A stretch of DNA of 64,000 nt from Nitrospirota bacterium (GTDB lineage: Bacteria; Nitrospirota; Thermodesulfovibrionia; SZUA-242): assembly GCA_016212095.1 (NCBI GenBank), contig JACRHH010000024.1, positions 7,482 to 71,481 on the forward strand, read 5' to 3'. This document shows positions 37,850 to 47,648 of the stretch, piece by piece. Under the pieces are notes generated by a model. The model was not told the DNA's origin, searched no databases, and saw only the letters and a program-made list of their open reading frames with translations. Within the stretch, counting starts at the first letter, position 1; each line of letters starts with the position of its first letter. Position numbers and translations under genes: made by a program.

Positions 37850-39505
37850 CTAACAGGCATAGCTTATCCCCAGACGCTCGGCTATGGCCCTGTCGGCCAC
37901 CGAGAGGCCGTCGGACATGCCGATTGGAAGTTCGGTGGAACGCCCCATCGGAGCGAATATTTTTTTCAACTCAACGTCGGCAACGCGGAATACGTCCACC
38001 ACGCGCTGGGCCACCATGTCGGGGTCGAGCCTGCGATAGAGGCGCGGATCCTGCGTTGTGATTCCGCGCGGGCAGCGCCCGGTGTTGCAGAGGTTGCAGC
38101 GGTTATACTCGTCGCCCAGGCAATTGCCGGCCGACTGCATGATGTACTTGCCGATGTCAACGGCTGACGCGCCGAGCATTATCATCGCCGCAGCGTTTGC
38201 GGCCAGATGGCCGCCCTTGCCCATGCCGCCCGCCGCGATAAGCGGAAGCTCGTTCTGCTTGCCCTGGCTAACCAGATCGAGGTAGCACTCGCGGATGTTC
38301 GAGGCGATGGGGTGTCCCATCTTGTCCATCGAAACGTTGTATGCCGCGCCTGTTCCGCCGTCCTCGCCGTCGATGCAGAGAGCGGCGGCGTATGGATTGC
38401 GGGCCAGATTGTTCAAAACCGCGCGCGCCGTCTTTGAGCCGGATATTTTCGGATAGACCGGCACGCGGAAGCCCCAAGCCATCGACATCGCCTGAATCAT
38501 CTTGGCGACAGCCTCTTCAATCGAGTATTTGGTCTGATGAGTTGGCGGAGAGGCCAGATCGATAAACTCCGGAACTCCGCGAATCTTCGCGATAAGTTTC
38601 AGAACTTTGTACGCCATCAGAAGTCCGCCGTCGCCCGGCTTCGCGCCCTGGCCATACTTGATTTCGATTGCCGCCGGGTCTTCCTTCATGTCGGGAATCG
38701 CATGAACGATCTCGTCCCAGCCGAAGTAACCGGAGGCAATCTGAAGAATGAAATACTTCGCAAAACGCGATTTCAGCAGCCGCGGCGGCAGTCCGCCCTC
38801 GCCGCTGCACATCACAACCGGCATGCCCTCAACCTCGTTCAGGTAGGCAACGCCCATCGCAAGCCCTTCCCACATTGTCGGGGAAAGCGCGCCCACAGAC
38901 ATGCTGCCTATGCGGATCGGGAAAATTTCGCGCACCGGCGGGATGAACTTCTCGTTCATCTTCACAAGCTTGCCGTCTTTCACCGCAAGCGGAAGCTCCT
39001 CAGGCGGCAGGATGCGGCCCAGAAGCGAACGAACGCGGAACTCGTGGCGTCCGGCGTCGAGCGCCGGATCGGTGAGCATCGAGATGCGGGTGAACTTCAG
39101 CTTGTCAACAGTCGAGATGGACGGATCGTTCCTGCGTCCGCCGCGCTTGAAGGCGTCGCCCTTCTTGTTCTTGTAGATCAGGAAACGGTTGTGCGAATTG
39201 TAGACCGGCTTGATCGCCTCCGCCGGGCATACCAGACTGCATGTGCCGCAGCCGGTGCAGTAGCGGTCTATGTCGCGCGATTGAACAACAACATGGCGCG
39301 TGACCTTTTTGCTTGTCGGCATGGGCGATGCGCCTTCCGATTCCACCAGTCGCTGGGCCGCAACCGACGGCGTGATAGCCTTCACCGGGCAGACGGCGGT
39401 GCATTTGCCGCAGCGCGTACAGCGGTCTTCCCGCCACTCGATGATATACGGGAAATCCTGTATCGACAGATCGTAGTTGCTGTCTAGTTGCGAAGCTGGT
39501 TCCAA
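37850..39505 (-). CDS. Glutamate synthase FMN-binding subunit with N-terminal ferredoxin
   Basis: CTRCGKC, MSVGALS, SGEGG, QIASGYFG, EIKYGQGAKPGDGG, GGTGA, CNTGRCPRGITTQ; TTG start with RBS GAGGAGG. Confidence 0.9.
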   Translation of the reverse strand: MEPASQLDSNYDLSIQDFPYIIEWREDRCTRCGKCTAVCPVKAITPSVAAQRLVESEGASPMPTSKKVTRHVVVQSRDIDRYCTGCGTCSLVCPAEAIKPVYNSHNRFLIYKNKKGDAFKRGGRRNDPSISTVDKLKFTRISMLTDPALDAGRHEFRVRSLLGRILPPEELPLAVKDGKLVKMNEKFIPPVREIFPIRIGSMSVGALSPTMWEGLAMGVAYLNEVEGMPVVMCSGEGGLPPRLLKSRFAKYFILQIASGYFGWDEIVHAIPDMKEDPAAIEIKYGQGAKPGDGGLLMAYKVLKLIAKIRGVPEFIDLASPPTHQTKYSIEEAVAKMIQAMSMAWGFRVPVYPKISGSKTARAVLNNLARNPYAAALCIDGEDGGTGAAYNVSMDKMGHPIASNIRECYLDLVSQGKQNELPLIAAGGMGKGGHLAANAAAMIMLGASAVDIGKYIMQSAGNCLGDEYNRCNLCNTGRCPRGITTQDPRLYRRLDPDMVAQRVVDVFRVADVELKKIFAPMGRSTELPIGMSDGLSVADRAIAERLGISYAC

Positions 39506-40596
39506 ACCGTCACCTCCTCGGCGTTGGGCGAAATGATGACCATGTCGTACTTCATCGGGTAGATGTCGGTTGACTGATCGCGCTCCGGAATCGCCCGCGT
39601 GATGCCGCATTCCTCCGACATGAGCGCATACTTGCCCTTCACGCCGCCGACCGCGCCGGGCCGGAGTTTCTTTGAATCCTGAACCATGAAGACAGTGCCG
39701 TCGGGCGTGAAGCCGATCACGCAGTTCGGGCCGTCGATGCATAGCGGACGGAGCGATTTTTTCATCAGCCCAAGCGCCTCGCGGTCGCTTCGCCCCTCGA
39801 TCTCGCTGTCCTTGAGCGGCGTGATCACATCTTTATAGTAATTAAGCGGAAAACCGAGCGTCCGGCAGGTGTAGTGCAGGATGTGGGTGAAAACCTCGCT
39901 GTCCGAGTTGTAGCCTATATAGCCGGGGTTGCCCCGGCTCATCAGGAATTCGCGGATCGGCACGAAGGCGGTGTTCTCGCCGTTGGTCATCGATGCGTAG
40001 CCCTGAATGAAAAACGGGTGACAGGCGTACAGGTAAATTGCGTAGTTGGTGTTCTGGCGGCCTTGCGCCAGCGCGATTTTGGCCTTCAGGGAATCGGACT
40101 TGTCGAGGCCGAAAAACTGGGCAACCTCAAGCGGATCGCCAACTTCCTTAAGCGTAAGCACGTCGGGGTAGAACGAAAACGCGAATATCGACTGATCCGG
40201 TTCGCCGATTGCGCGAAGCTCAAGGCGGGTGCGCATGAGCAGGTCTTCCTTCTCGGACATCGGCCTGTCGCGCCACTCTTCCGGATATTCGTATGCCTTG
40301 GCGATGTAGAAATCGCGTTTCTGTATGCCGGGCATCGGCTTGATCCTGGGCGTCCACATATGCTTAACGCGGAAGCCCTTCGACTTCATGAAGTCGTCCA
40401 GAAGGGTCATGCCCTTCTGGGAGCATATGCCCGAAAGGATCGGATACTCCTTCAATCCCTCGAAATCCCCGCCAAGGTTCTTGAGCATCAGCCCAAGCCC
40501 GGAGCCGTCGTGGCCTTCCTTCATGGTTTCGAGGGCCATGATGGTTTCCATGGGCGAGAAATAGTCACTGGCTGTAATAGCGCTCAAACGGCACAT
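39484..40596 (-). CDS. Glutamate synthase class II glutamine amidotransferase subunit
   Basis: N-terminal M-C (Ntn nucleophile), GHDGSG, RQNTN, CHPF, NGEN, SDSE. Confidence 0.88.
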   Translation of the reverse strand: MCRLSAITASDYFSPMETIMALETMKEGHDGSGLGLMLKNLGGDFEGLKEYPILSGICSQKGMTLLDDFMKSKGFRVKHMWTPRIKPMPGIQKRDFYIAKAYEYPEEWRDRPMSEKEDLLMRTRLELRAIGEPDQSIFAFSFYPDVLTLKEVGDPLEVAQFFGLDKSDSLKAKIALAQGRQNTNYAIYLYACHPFFIQGYASMTNGENTAFVPIREFLMSRGNPGYIGYNSDSEVFTHILHYTCRTLGFPLNYYKDVITPLKDSEIEGRSDREALGLMKKSLRPLCIDGPNCVIGFTPDGTVFMVQDSKKLRPGAVGGVKGKYALMSEECGITRAIPERDQSTDIYPMKYDMVIISPNAEEVTVWNQLRN

Positions 40597-40957
40597 AATT
40601 TCACCTCGTCGTGTTTGGGAGAACACCGGAATGCCGCAAAATCGCGTAGTGCCGGAACATCTCCAGACAGCTAGATAATTTATTACAAAGGTGGAAGTTC
40701 AGTCAAATTCAGGGCAGAAGCGGAATTAGCCGCATGTTGATACGTTTTTCTTGACTTCCAGCAAAACCGGCGGCTATTTTACGGCATCCGTGCGGTATGC
40801 CAAGGGGGGGGAGCAGTGCAGGATAGTCTCTGGCGGCAGCGAAAAATTCAACGAGAAACCGCCTGTCTATTCTGAAATAAGCCTTCTCTGGCCGGCTGGT
40901 GGCGGGAGATTATTGTGGCGATCGGATAAGCCCGGCTGCAATCAGGCCCATACAAGC

Positions 40958-42274
40958 TCACATCCCCTCGCTCATCGCCTTTTTCGACACCTTCCACGGA
41001 TTCCATGGGTCTTCGTAGGAACGCTTGTAGAAGAACTCAAGCGTGTAGGCCACCGTCCGCACAACCCGCAGGTAAAGTCCGGCGTAGAGCGGCGCGAGCG
41101 GGAGGTAGATGAAGAGCTTCACATCGTTGCGCCATCTTTCCGAGAGCGAGAGCATCACGATGAACTGAAGCAGGTTGAACGAGAGGTAGATGAGATAGTT
41201 CATCGGGATGATGAACTTCAGCATCGAGTGGTAGTTGTAGGCCATGTCGGCCATGTAGACGAACCACTTTATGTCGAGCACCACGTTGAAGAAGATGTTT
41301 TCAACAAACGAGAAAAAGTTTGAGAAAGAGAAGTTCTCGGTAGGCAGATACACATCCTTGTGCTTGCGAATGCGGAACCGCACCAGCGATTTATACCACC
41401 GAAGGCGCTGTTTCGTAAGCCCTGTGTACGTGGCCGGAGCGGTGGTGAAGCAGATGGCGGTCTTTTCGAAATGAATCTTGTAGCCGATCTTTCGAATCTT
41501 CACCGTAATGTCGCCGTCCAAACCGGGGCCGATGTCCCAGCCTCCCACGCGGTCGAGAATCTCGCGCCGGAACGCGCCGAATGCTCCGGGTATCACCCGG
41601 TAGATCCCCAGAAACGAGGCCACAGCCCGGCCAACAGAGATCGATTTCAGATACTCGACAGCCTGCATGCTGGTGCAGACGCTCTCGTCGGCGTTTCTCA
41701 CCTTGATATTGCCGCCTATTGCGCCGATCTCGTCGTCCATGTAGAACGGAACGAGGATGTTTTCAACCGCGTCGCGGTCGAACGACGAGTCGGCGTCAAG
41801 CAGAAGCACCAGCCCGCCTTTCGAGTACCGCAGGCCCAAGTTCGACGCCGACGCCTTTCCGCCCCTGATCTCGCTTCGCAGGTAGACGTCCAGAAAGCCG
41901 TTTTCCTTCAGATCGTCGCAGATGGTCTTGGTGTCGTCGTCCGAGCCGTCGTCAACCACGATGATTTCGAGGTTCTTGTACGTCTGCTCCCTGAGCGAGC
42001 GCACGAGCTTGTAGATGTTCTCGCCCTCGTTCTTTCCGGGAACTATCAGCGAAACCAGCGGAAGTTCGTCGAACAGCGCCTTTCTGGCCAGCCGCTCCCT
42101 GTTTCTGCTTGCAAAGCGCTTGACATGATACGCGCCCAGGAATACGAAATCGAAAACCACGTATCGCGGGAATTCCAGTATGAACGCGAACCAGAAGAAC
42201 CGGACGAGCTTGTGCGGATCGACGGTCTGCCAGAAGTTGAAGAACTCCAGAATGGGGTCTATGAAATCGTCCAT
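40958..42274 (-). CDS. Processive GT2 glycosyltransferase (PgaC/hyaluronan-synthase-like)
   Basis: DDGSDD, GGKA, DAD, GAFGAFR, QRLRW; flanking TM helices. Confidence 0.9.
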   Translation of the reverse strand: MDDFIDPILEFFNFWQTVDPHKLVRFFWFAFILEFPRYVVFDFVFLGAYHVKRFASRNRERLARKALFDELPLVSLIVPGKNEGENIYKLVRSLREQTYKNLEIIVVDDGSDDDTKTICDDLKENGFLDVYLRSEIRGGKASASNLGLRYSKGGLVLLLDADSSFDRDAVENILVPFYMDDEIGAIGGNIKVRNADESVCTSMQAVEYLKSISVGRAVASFLGIYRVIPGAFGAFRREILDRVGGWDIGPGLDGDITVKIRKIGYKIHFEKTAICFTTAPATYTGLTKQRLRWYKSLVRFRIRKHKDVYLPTENFSFSNFFSFVENIFFNVVLDIKWFVYMADMAYNYHSMLKFIIPMNYLIYLSFNLLQFIVMLSLSERWRNDVKLFIYLPLAPLYAGLYLRVVRTVAYTLEFFYKRSYEDPWNPWKVSKKAMSEGM

Positions 42275-42278
42275 GCAA

Positions 42279-43682
42279 TTATGGCGGGGCGATTTTGCCC
42301 ACGAAGGCGTCGAGGCTGAATTCCCCGGAAATTGGTACTATTTCGGTTTCGATCTTCGGTTCGAAGCCTGTGAAGTTGTCGTGGATCAGTTTGAGCAGAT
42401 TAGCCTTCAGCCGTTCCACCGGAATGCTTGCGGCCTCCAGAGGCGTGTCCGTGAAGAAGAACAGCAGCGTTGCCTCGTCGAGGTAGGAGATCATGTCGCT
42501 TGGCCGGATGCTGCCCTTTATGATCTCGATGATCTCCGGGAATATCTTTTCCCTGGTAACGCCCCGCACATAAAGATCGTAGAAGTTCACGAAATGCAGA
42601 TGGGCGACGCAGCCGTTTCTGGCCACGCGCTTGAAGCGCTCCACCTCGTATTCGATGTATTTGTTGAAGATGCCCATGTCCACAAGGCCTGGAATGCGTA
42701 TCACGTCCTTCATCGAGATGGTCACGCCGTATATGGCGGCGTGCTCGCCCTTCGATGTGAGCCGGTAGCTTTTCACGTCTTTTTCGATGAGGTTTTCTAC
42801 CAGAGTGTCGTTCTTGCAGTTGAAACAGAAGGCGCGCACCTTCGGATCCTGAAATTTTTCATTGCAGGTATTGCAGAAGTTGAGCGTGGCCGGCTTGTCG
42901 TAATCCACGCCGATGTGGCGCACCAGCCTGCCGCACTTGGGGCATATCATGTCGGCGCCCTCCTGCTTCCGGAAGTCGCTTTCCGGGCCGACGTAGGCGC
43001 AGGTGAAGTGATGCACGAGGTCTTCGGTCTTCAGGTTCGGGCCGCCGCACTTGGGGCAGGCCTCCCTGAAATTCAGGAATCCGCTGAAGCACTTGTCGCA
43101 AAGATGAATCCTGTCAACGAAAGTCCCCTCGATAAGGGTTTCGTGCTCGGCCATGTCGATGATGCTGAAGACGCGATGCTGATCCTCGCGGTCGAAGTTC
43201 ACCGAAACAAGCGGAAAGCTGTACCCGACGCGCGAACACGAATCGAGAACCGGCTCCATAACCATCTCCCTTGTGTAGAGAAACCGCAGCATCTTCATCA
43301 TGACGTACATCTCGAACGATTCGGTCTTGATGAGCTCCAGCCTGCTGATCCTGTCCTGAAGGTTTTTCATCCTGTAACCGATTTTCGACATTACAGCCGG
43401 ATCGATCTCTCCGTCGGAGAGCGCAAGAAGCGAGGCGTCCTTCACGCCCTCGTGAGATATGAGAAAAACCGGCTTCAGATATATGTTGTTCAGATCGAAG
43501 GTTCTCAGGCGCTTCAGGATGACGCGGGCGGCGTCGGTGTCGGTTGCGTCAAGCACCACGCCGTTATACTTGATGAACGTCTGCGCGTTAATCTCGTCCG
43601 GCTCGGAGAACGAAACCAGTTCAACCTCCTCGTTGCTGTTGTTGAACGAGGAGCCTTCCCGTATTATCTTGCTGATGCTCAT
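42279..43682 (-). CDS. Cys-rich TackOD1-like metal-binding protein with possible degenerate GGDEF-like C-terminus
   Basis: CDKC, CPKC, HHFTCAYVG, CPKC, GVDYDKP, CNTC, CFNC; later YEVERFKR...IRPSDMI. Confidence 0.7.
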   Translation of the reverse strand: MSISKIIREGSSFNNSNEEVELVSFSEPDEINAQTFIKYNGVVLDATDTDAARVILKRLRTFDLNNIYLKPVFLISHEGVKDASLLALSDGEIDPAVMSKIGYRMKNLQDRISRLELIKTESFEMYVMMKMLRFLYTREMVMEPVLDSCSRVGYSFPLVSVNFDREDQHRVFSIIDMAEHETLIEGTFVDRIHLCDKCFSGFLNFREACPKCGGPNLKTEDLVHHFTCAYVGPESDFRKQEGADMICPKCGRLVRHIGVDYDKPATLNFCNTCNEKFQDPKVRAFCFNCKNDTLVENLIEKDVKSYRLTSKGEHAAIYGVTISMKDVIRIPGLVDMGIFNKYIEYEVERFKRVARNGCVAHLHFVNFYDLYVRGVTREKIFPEIIEIIKGSIRPSDMISYLDEATLLFFFTDTPLEAASIPVERLKANLLKLIHDNFTGFEPKIETEIVPISGEFSLDAFVGKIAPP

Positions 43683-43700
43683 TGGCTAATAATGTCTCCG

Positions 43701-44750
43701 CTATATCGATTTCCGTAGAAAAACCTTCACGCTCAGTTTATAGTACTGCTTCCACTCAAGCCCTGCCTCCCTGTTTGGCGGCTCGATGTCCACGACAACC
43801 GTCCGCTTCACCGGCTCGTAACGCTTCTGGAACTCAGGCGGCAGGGGCTGGGTGGCGAAATAGTATCGTCTTATCACCCCGGTTGCCCGCGTGCCGTCAG
43901 GAAACCGAATTGAAACCTGCGCGCCGTTTCGCAGGTGCTTAATGTCCTCCTGCTCGAAAAACGCCTTTATTGCAATCTCTTCGGGCTTGTATATCTCCAT
44001 GATGGTGTCGCCCTTGAGCACAACCTCGTGGTCGTTGGGGTAGATGCGCGTCACCACGCCGTCTTCCAGCGCCAGGAATGTCTTTGCTCCGGCGGCAGAC
44101 TGGGCGGACTGCGCGGCCTGCCAGGCTTGCAGGTTTCTTGCCGATGCCGTTGCATTGATCCCGCGTATCCGGCCCAGATACTCCTTCATGATTCTTATCT
44201 CTTCGCCCGCCTTCGCGACAAGCGATTCGGTGTTTCTGATGCTCTCGGCCATTTCGCCAAGCCTGCCCGGATAATGCGCGTCGAGCAGCGCCTGGTTTTT
44301 AATCGTATCGTAGCCTGACTTGAGCTTTGCAAGCGATTCCTCGTAGCCTTTCCTGTCCAGCTCCCTGAGTTGGATGGCCTGAATCGTGCGGGAAATTTCC
44401 CGCTCGATGTCGGGCGAATAGAACGAGCTGTCCGATGCCTGCCGGAGGGCTGCATCGCCGCGCGATTCCTCCGCGTATGTGAAAAGCCTGTCGTTTCGCT
44501 TTACGGACGCGCCCTCCTTCACGAATATCTTCAACACCCGGATGTCGCTTGTATGCTGGATGTAGAGCTTGTCGAATATCACCTGCCCGTCGCCTTCGGC
44601 ATGGATCGAGCTGTCGATGAAGTAAAAGATGACGCTGATGACAATCAGGCCCAGCACCAGGAAATAGATATACTTGCCCCAGTTGCGCTTTCGCTCAGGC
44701 GGCTTTTCGTCGGTCGATCTGAAATAGCTGAACCGCTTGTTGAGTCTCAT
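43701..44750 (-). CDS. HlyD-family periplasmic adaptor protein
   Basis: Single N-terminal TM, VKEGASVKRND lipoyl half, coiled coil, EDGVVTRI, beta-barrel end. Confidence 0.8.
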   Translation of the reverse strand: MRLNKRFSYFRSTDEKPPERKRNWGKYIYFLVLGLIVISVIFYFIDSSIHAEGDGQVIFDKLYIQHTSDIRVLKIFVKEGASVKRNDRLFTYAEESRGDAALRQASDSSFYSPDIEREISRTIQAIQLRELDRKGYEESLAKLKSGYDTIKNQALLDAHYPGRLGEMAESIRNTESLVAKAGEEIRIMKEYLGRIRGINATASARNLQAWQAAQSAQSAAGAKTFLALEDGVVTRIYPNDHEVVLKGDTIMEIYKPEEIAIKAFFEQEDIKHLRNGAQVSIRFPDGTRATGVIRRYYFATQPLPPEFQKRYEPVKRTVVVDIEPPNREAGLEWKQYYKLSVKVFLRKSI

Positions 44751-44754
44751 CCTG

Positions 44755-46890
44755 TTACTGCCGCCTTTGTAGTGGAAGCGCCTCGTTCATGCTCTTCTCG
44801 TCAAGCTCGATCAAGCCCTGCATGTCATGCACAGCCACTCGCGAAACGCCGGTTGCGTCGATCACCTTGCCGATGAATTCCTCCATCTCAAGCCGGTTTG
44901 CGAAATCCTTCGTCCGTATCGCGATGACTGTTTTTGGGCCGAAGGCGTCAATCTCCTCGCGCACCTTCCGCTTCAGCTTTTCGATGTCGGTTATCTCGTA
45001 GGCCATCACATATATCCTGTCGGCAAGCGAAGCGATCTGCCGCAATGTTTCCTCCGGGAAAAAGACAGGAATCGATACGCCCAGTTCCAGCTTCGCCGCG
45101 GAAGTTGCCTCCCGCGCCGCCTTGAGCATCGCAATGAAGGCCGCAAGCAATTCATCTTTCTTCTCCCTCCACTCCGGAAGCGTATGCGGCTCAACGTCGA
45201 GATGAACGCCGTCGAAGCCGAGCGAATGGGCCTGTTCGGCTATTTGGGCAAGCTTGGCGTGGTTTGCGGGACGTACAAGCTCGTTCGATCCGGCAAGCGC
45301 GTCTGTTTTCATGCCGCTCTCTCGCGCCTTTGCAAGTAACGCGGAAAGCCTGCCGGTGTCGGTTTTTTCGCCGATGGACAGCATTACGCCGCGCATCTCC
45401 TGATGCGCAAGATACATGGCAAGGAAACCGGTATCGATGCCGTTTACAGCCGCCGACCAAACGTATATTGATCGCTCGCCGCGATAACGCTCCGGCTCGC
45501 CGGGATTTTTCACGACGGCAACATGATCGAACACCGCCTCGCCGCCGGAAATCCGCTGAATTTCCAGCAGTTTCAGATATAGCATCTGCTTGACCTCTAC
45601 GCTCTCGAACTCCACGGCGAACTGTTCGTCCAGATACTGCATCATGTTCAGCGGGCTGTAGAGCGGATCGTCATACCCGCGTCTGACATCCTCCCTGCGT
45701 ATGCGTTCCCCGATCAGCCGCTTCTTGTGCGCGAGCTTCAGGTAATCGCTCATCTTGTACTGATATTCGTAATACGCGTCGCGCAGACGGTTCAGGTCGG
45801 CTTCGCGCCGTTTTTCCGCGTTCAGTTCGGCAAGCCTCTCCTCGATGTCGCCTATCTTCGAGTAATCGCGCCCGGACGCCGGAATCGGAACGCGGATGCT
45901 GACTCCGGCGGCCACGCTGTCGCGCATTCCACCGGCGAAAAGGTTGTCCATGTTGTAGCGGGCGAATACGCGCAGATTTGTTTCGGCAAGCAGATAATTG
46001 TCAGGACGCTTCAGCCGCTGCTTCTCGGCGTCGATCACATCGCCGTAGAACGGGTCTTTTTCCGCATCGCCAAGCAACGCGCCGATGTCGATGTCAAGCA
46101 CAGGCAGGTCTTTAGCGGCATCCGGCAGTTCCATTTCAGGTGTCGGCGCAAAAGTTCTGTTGAAGTTCAGGTAGTTGCGAAGCATTGTCTGGACGGAGGC
46201 CTTTTCCTGCTCAAGCCGGATGACATCCTCCCACTGAAACAGCCTGTAATGGCCCAGCTTGCGGGTGATTTCGATGTATCTGCCAAGCTCGTCCAGCCGT
46301 TCCTGAAGCATCCGCATCTTTGCAAGATTGAACAGGTAGATCGCGCGGTAGTAACTTCGCCCGAACGATTCGTCAACAGCCGCCCGCCGCGCCAGAACCT
46401 CTGCAAGCCTGATCTCGCCGCGCAGTCGTTCCTTCTCCGTGCCGCCGCCGAAATAGCCGTCTTTAAGCAGCTCCCATTCAAGCCCCAGATACGACGAACT
46501 GTCCAGCGTATCCCGCGCCTCATCGATCACCCCGTTTTTCAGGTTTGTGGCATACGATCCGGTGAGTTTCAGGCCAAAATCTTTTTCGATGGATGCGAGC
46601 CGTTCGATTCCGATCCTGCGCCTTAGTTCCTCCCCGGTCTCGCCGGCTGATGTCCCGGCCAGGAATCTTCTTGCGTTTTCAAGCTCGTTGCCGACTGGCG
46701 GCTCGCCGATGGTCAGCCTGGAATCGATGATGCGCTCGATTTCCTGAAAAAGACCTGCCGCGCTGCCGGTATTGGCCGAATTGGCGGCTTCGGCAGTATC
46801 CGCCGCTTCCACCTGAACTGCCTGAACTGGAACAACGCAGGCCAGAAACGCCAGCGCGGCCACAATAATTGCCTTCCATCCATGGAACAT
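44755..46890 (-). CDS. Exported protein: TolC-like helical region fused to a glycoside-hydrolase-like domain
   Basis: Signal peptide; LGLEWELL and AGVSIRVPIP strands between long helices; C-terminal FDGVHLDVEPH...YVMAY. Start uncertain. Confidence 0.6.
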   Translation of the reverse strand: MFHGWKAIIVAALAFLACVVPVQAVQVEAADTAEAANSANTGSAAGLFQEIERIIDSRLTIGEPPVGNELENARRFLAGTSAGETGEELRRRIGIERLASIEKDFGLKLTGSYATNLKNGVIDEARDTLDSSSYLGLEWELLKDGYFGGGTEKERLRGEIRLAEVLARRAAVDESFGRSYYRAIYLFNLAKMRMLQERLDELGRYIEITRKLGHYRLFQWEDVIRLEQEKASVQTMLRNYLNFNRTFAPTPEMELPDAAKDLPVLDIDIGALLGDAEKDPFYGDVIDAEKQRLKRPDNYLLAETNLRVFARYNMDNLFAGGMRDSVAAGVSIRVPIPASGRDYSKIGDIEERLAELNAEKRREADLNRLRDAYYEYQYKMSDYLKLAHKKRLIGERIRREDVRRGYDDPLYSPLNMMQYLDEQFAVEFESVEVKQMLYLKLLEIQRISGGEAVFDHVAVVKNPGEPERYRGERSIYVWSAAVNGIDTGFLAMYLAHQEMRGVMLSIGEKTDTGRLSALLAKARESGMKTDALAGSNELVRPANHAKLAQIAEQAHSLGFDGVHLDVEPHTLPEWREKKDELLAAFIAMLKAAREATSAAKLELGVSIPVFFPEETLRQIASLADRIYVMAYEITDIEKLKRKVREEIDAFGPKTVIAIRTKDFANRLEMEEFIGKVIDATGVSRVAVHDMQGLIELDEKSMNEALPLQRRQ

Positions 46891-47030
46891 GATCTGTCCG
46901 AATAACCTCTTAACTTCATTATCGTTTTTTTGCTGGATTTCTTGAGCGGAGAAGGTGAACTCTTGTTCCGGCGTCATGCTAAGATTAAATCCATGAGACT
47001 CTCTTGTTTCGGGAATGGAGGAGTACTTGC

Positions 47031-47267
47031 ATGGTAATGATTGAAGCAACCGTGGTTGACCCAACCCATTTGGAACTCGCGCAGCCCATCGCGGCGCTTC
47101 GAGGCCAGACTATTTTGGTTTCTGTCGCAGATATGCTTGGAGAGGATTCTGAGCGGCGAGATTGGCTGGATGTTTCAACCATATCGTTGCAGGCTGCGTA
47201 TGGCGATTCCGAACCCGACTACTCGCCTTCCATGGTCAAAGAGAACAATCCGGATTACGTTGCATGA
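47031..47267 (+). CDS. Putative antitoxin
   Basis: Small acidic protein ending AYGDSEPDY; RBS GGAGGA; ATGA overlap with toxin. Confidence 0.7.
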   Translation: MVMIEATVVDPTHLELAQPIAALRGQTILVSVADMLGEDSERRDWLDVSTISLQAAYGDSEPDYSPSMVKENNPDYVA

Positions 47268-47605
47268 AGGAAGCCGATATCATTCTCATGCCTTTGCCTC
47301 AGGCTGACGGGATAGTTAAAAACCGTCCGGCGCTTCTGCTTCGCGAGCTTCCGCCGTTTGGCGACTTCCTTGCCTGCGGCATCAGTACCCGGTTGCATCA
47401 AGCCGTTCCCGGATTTGACGAGATAATATCCGAAAACGATGCGGATTTTGCGGACTCCGGCCTTCTTACAGACTCTGTTGTGCGCCTTGGATTCCTGGCT
47501 GTTCTGCCACGAGAACGAATCCGTGGCACCATAGGCCAAATAGCTCCCGCGCGCCACTCCCGTCTGCTGGTGAAGCTCAGCAAGTATTTGGTGGCCAAGC
47601 TCTGA
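47264..47605 (+). CDS. PemK/MazF-family toxin
   Basis: DIILMPLPQADG..KNRPALLL, CGIST, SGLLTDSVVR. Confidence 0.82.
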   Translation: MKEADIILMPLPQADGIVKNRPALLLRELPPFGDFLACGISTRLHQAVPGFDEIISENDADFADSGLLTDSVVRLGFLAVLPRERIRGTIGQIAPARHSRLLVKLSKYLVAKL

Positions 47606-47648
47606 GCCTTCCGTTGACCTTCCCGCCGCCCGCATTGTAGGCTTTGCG

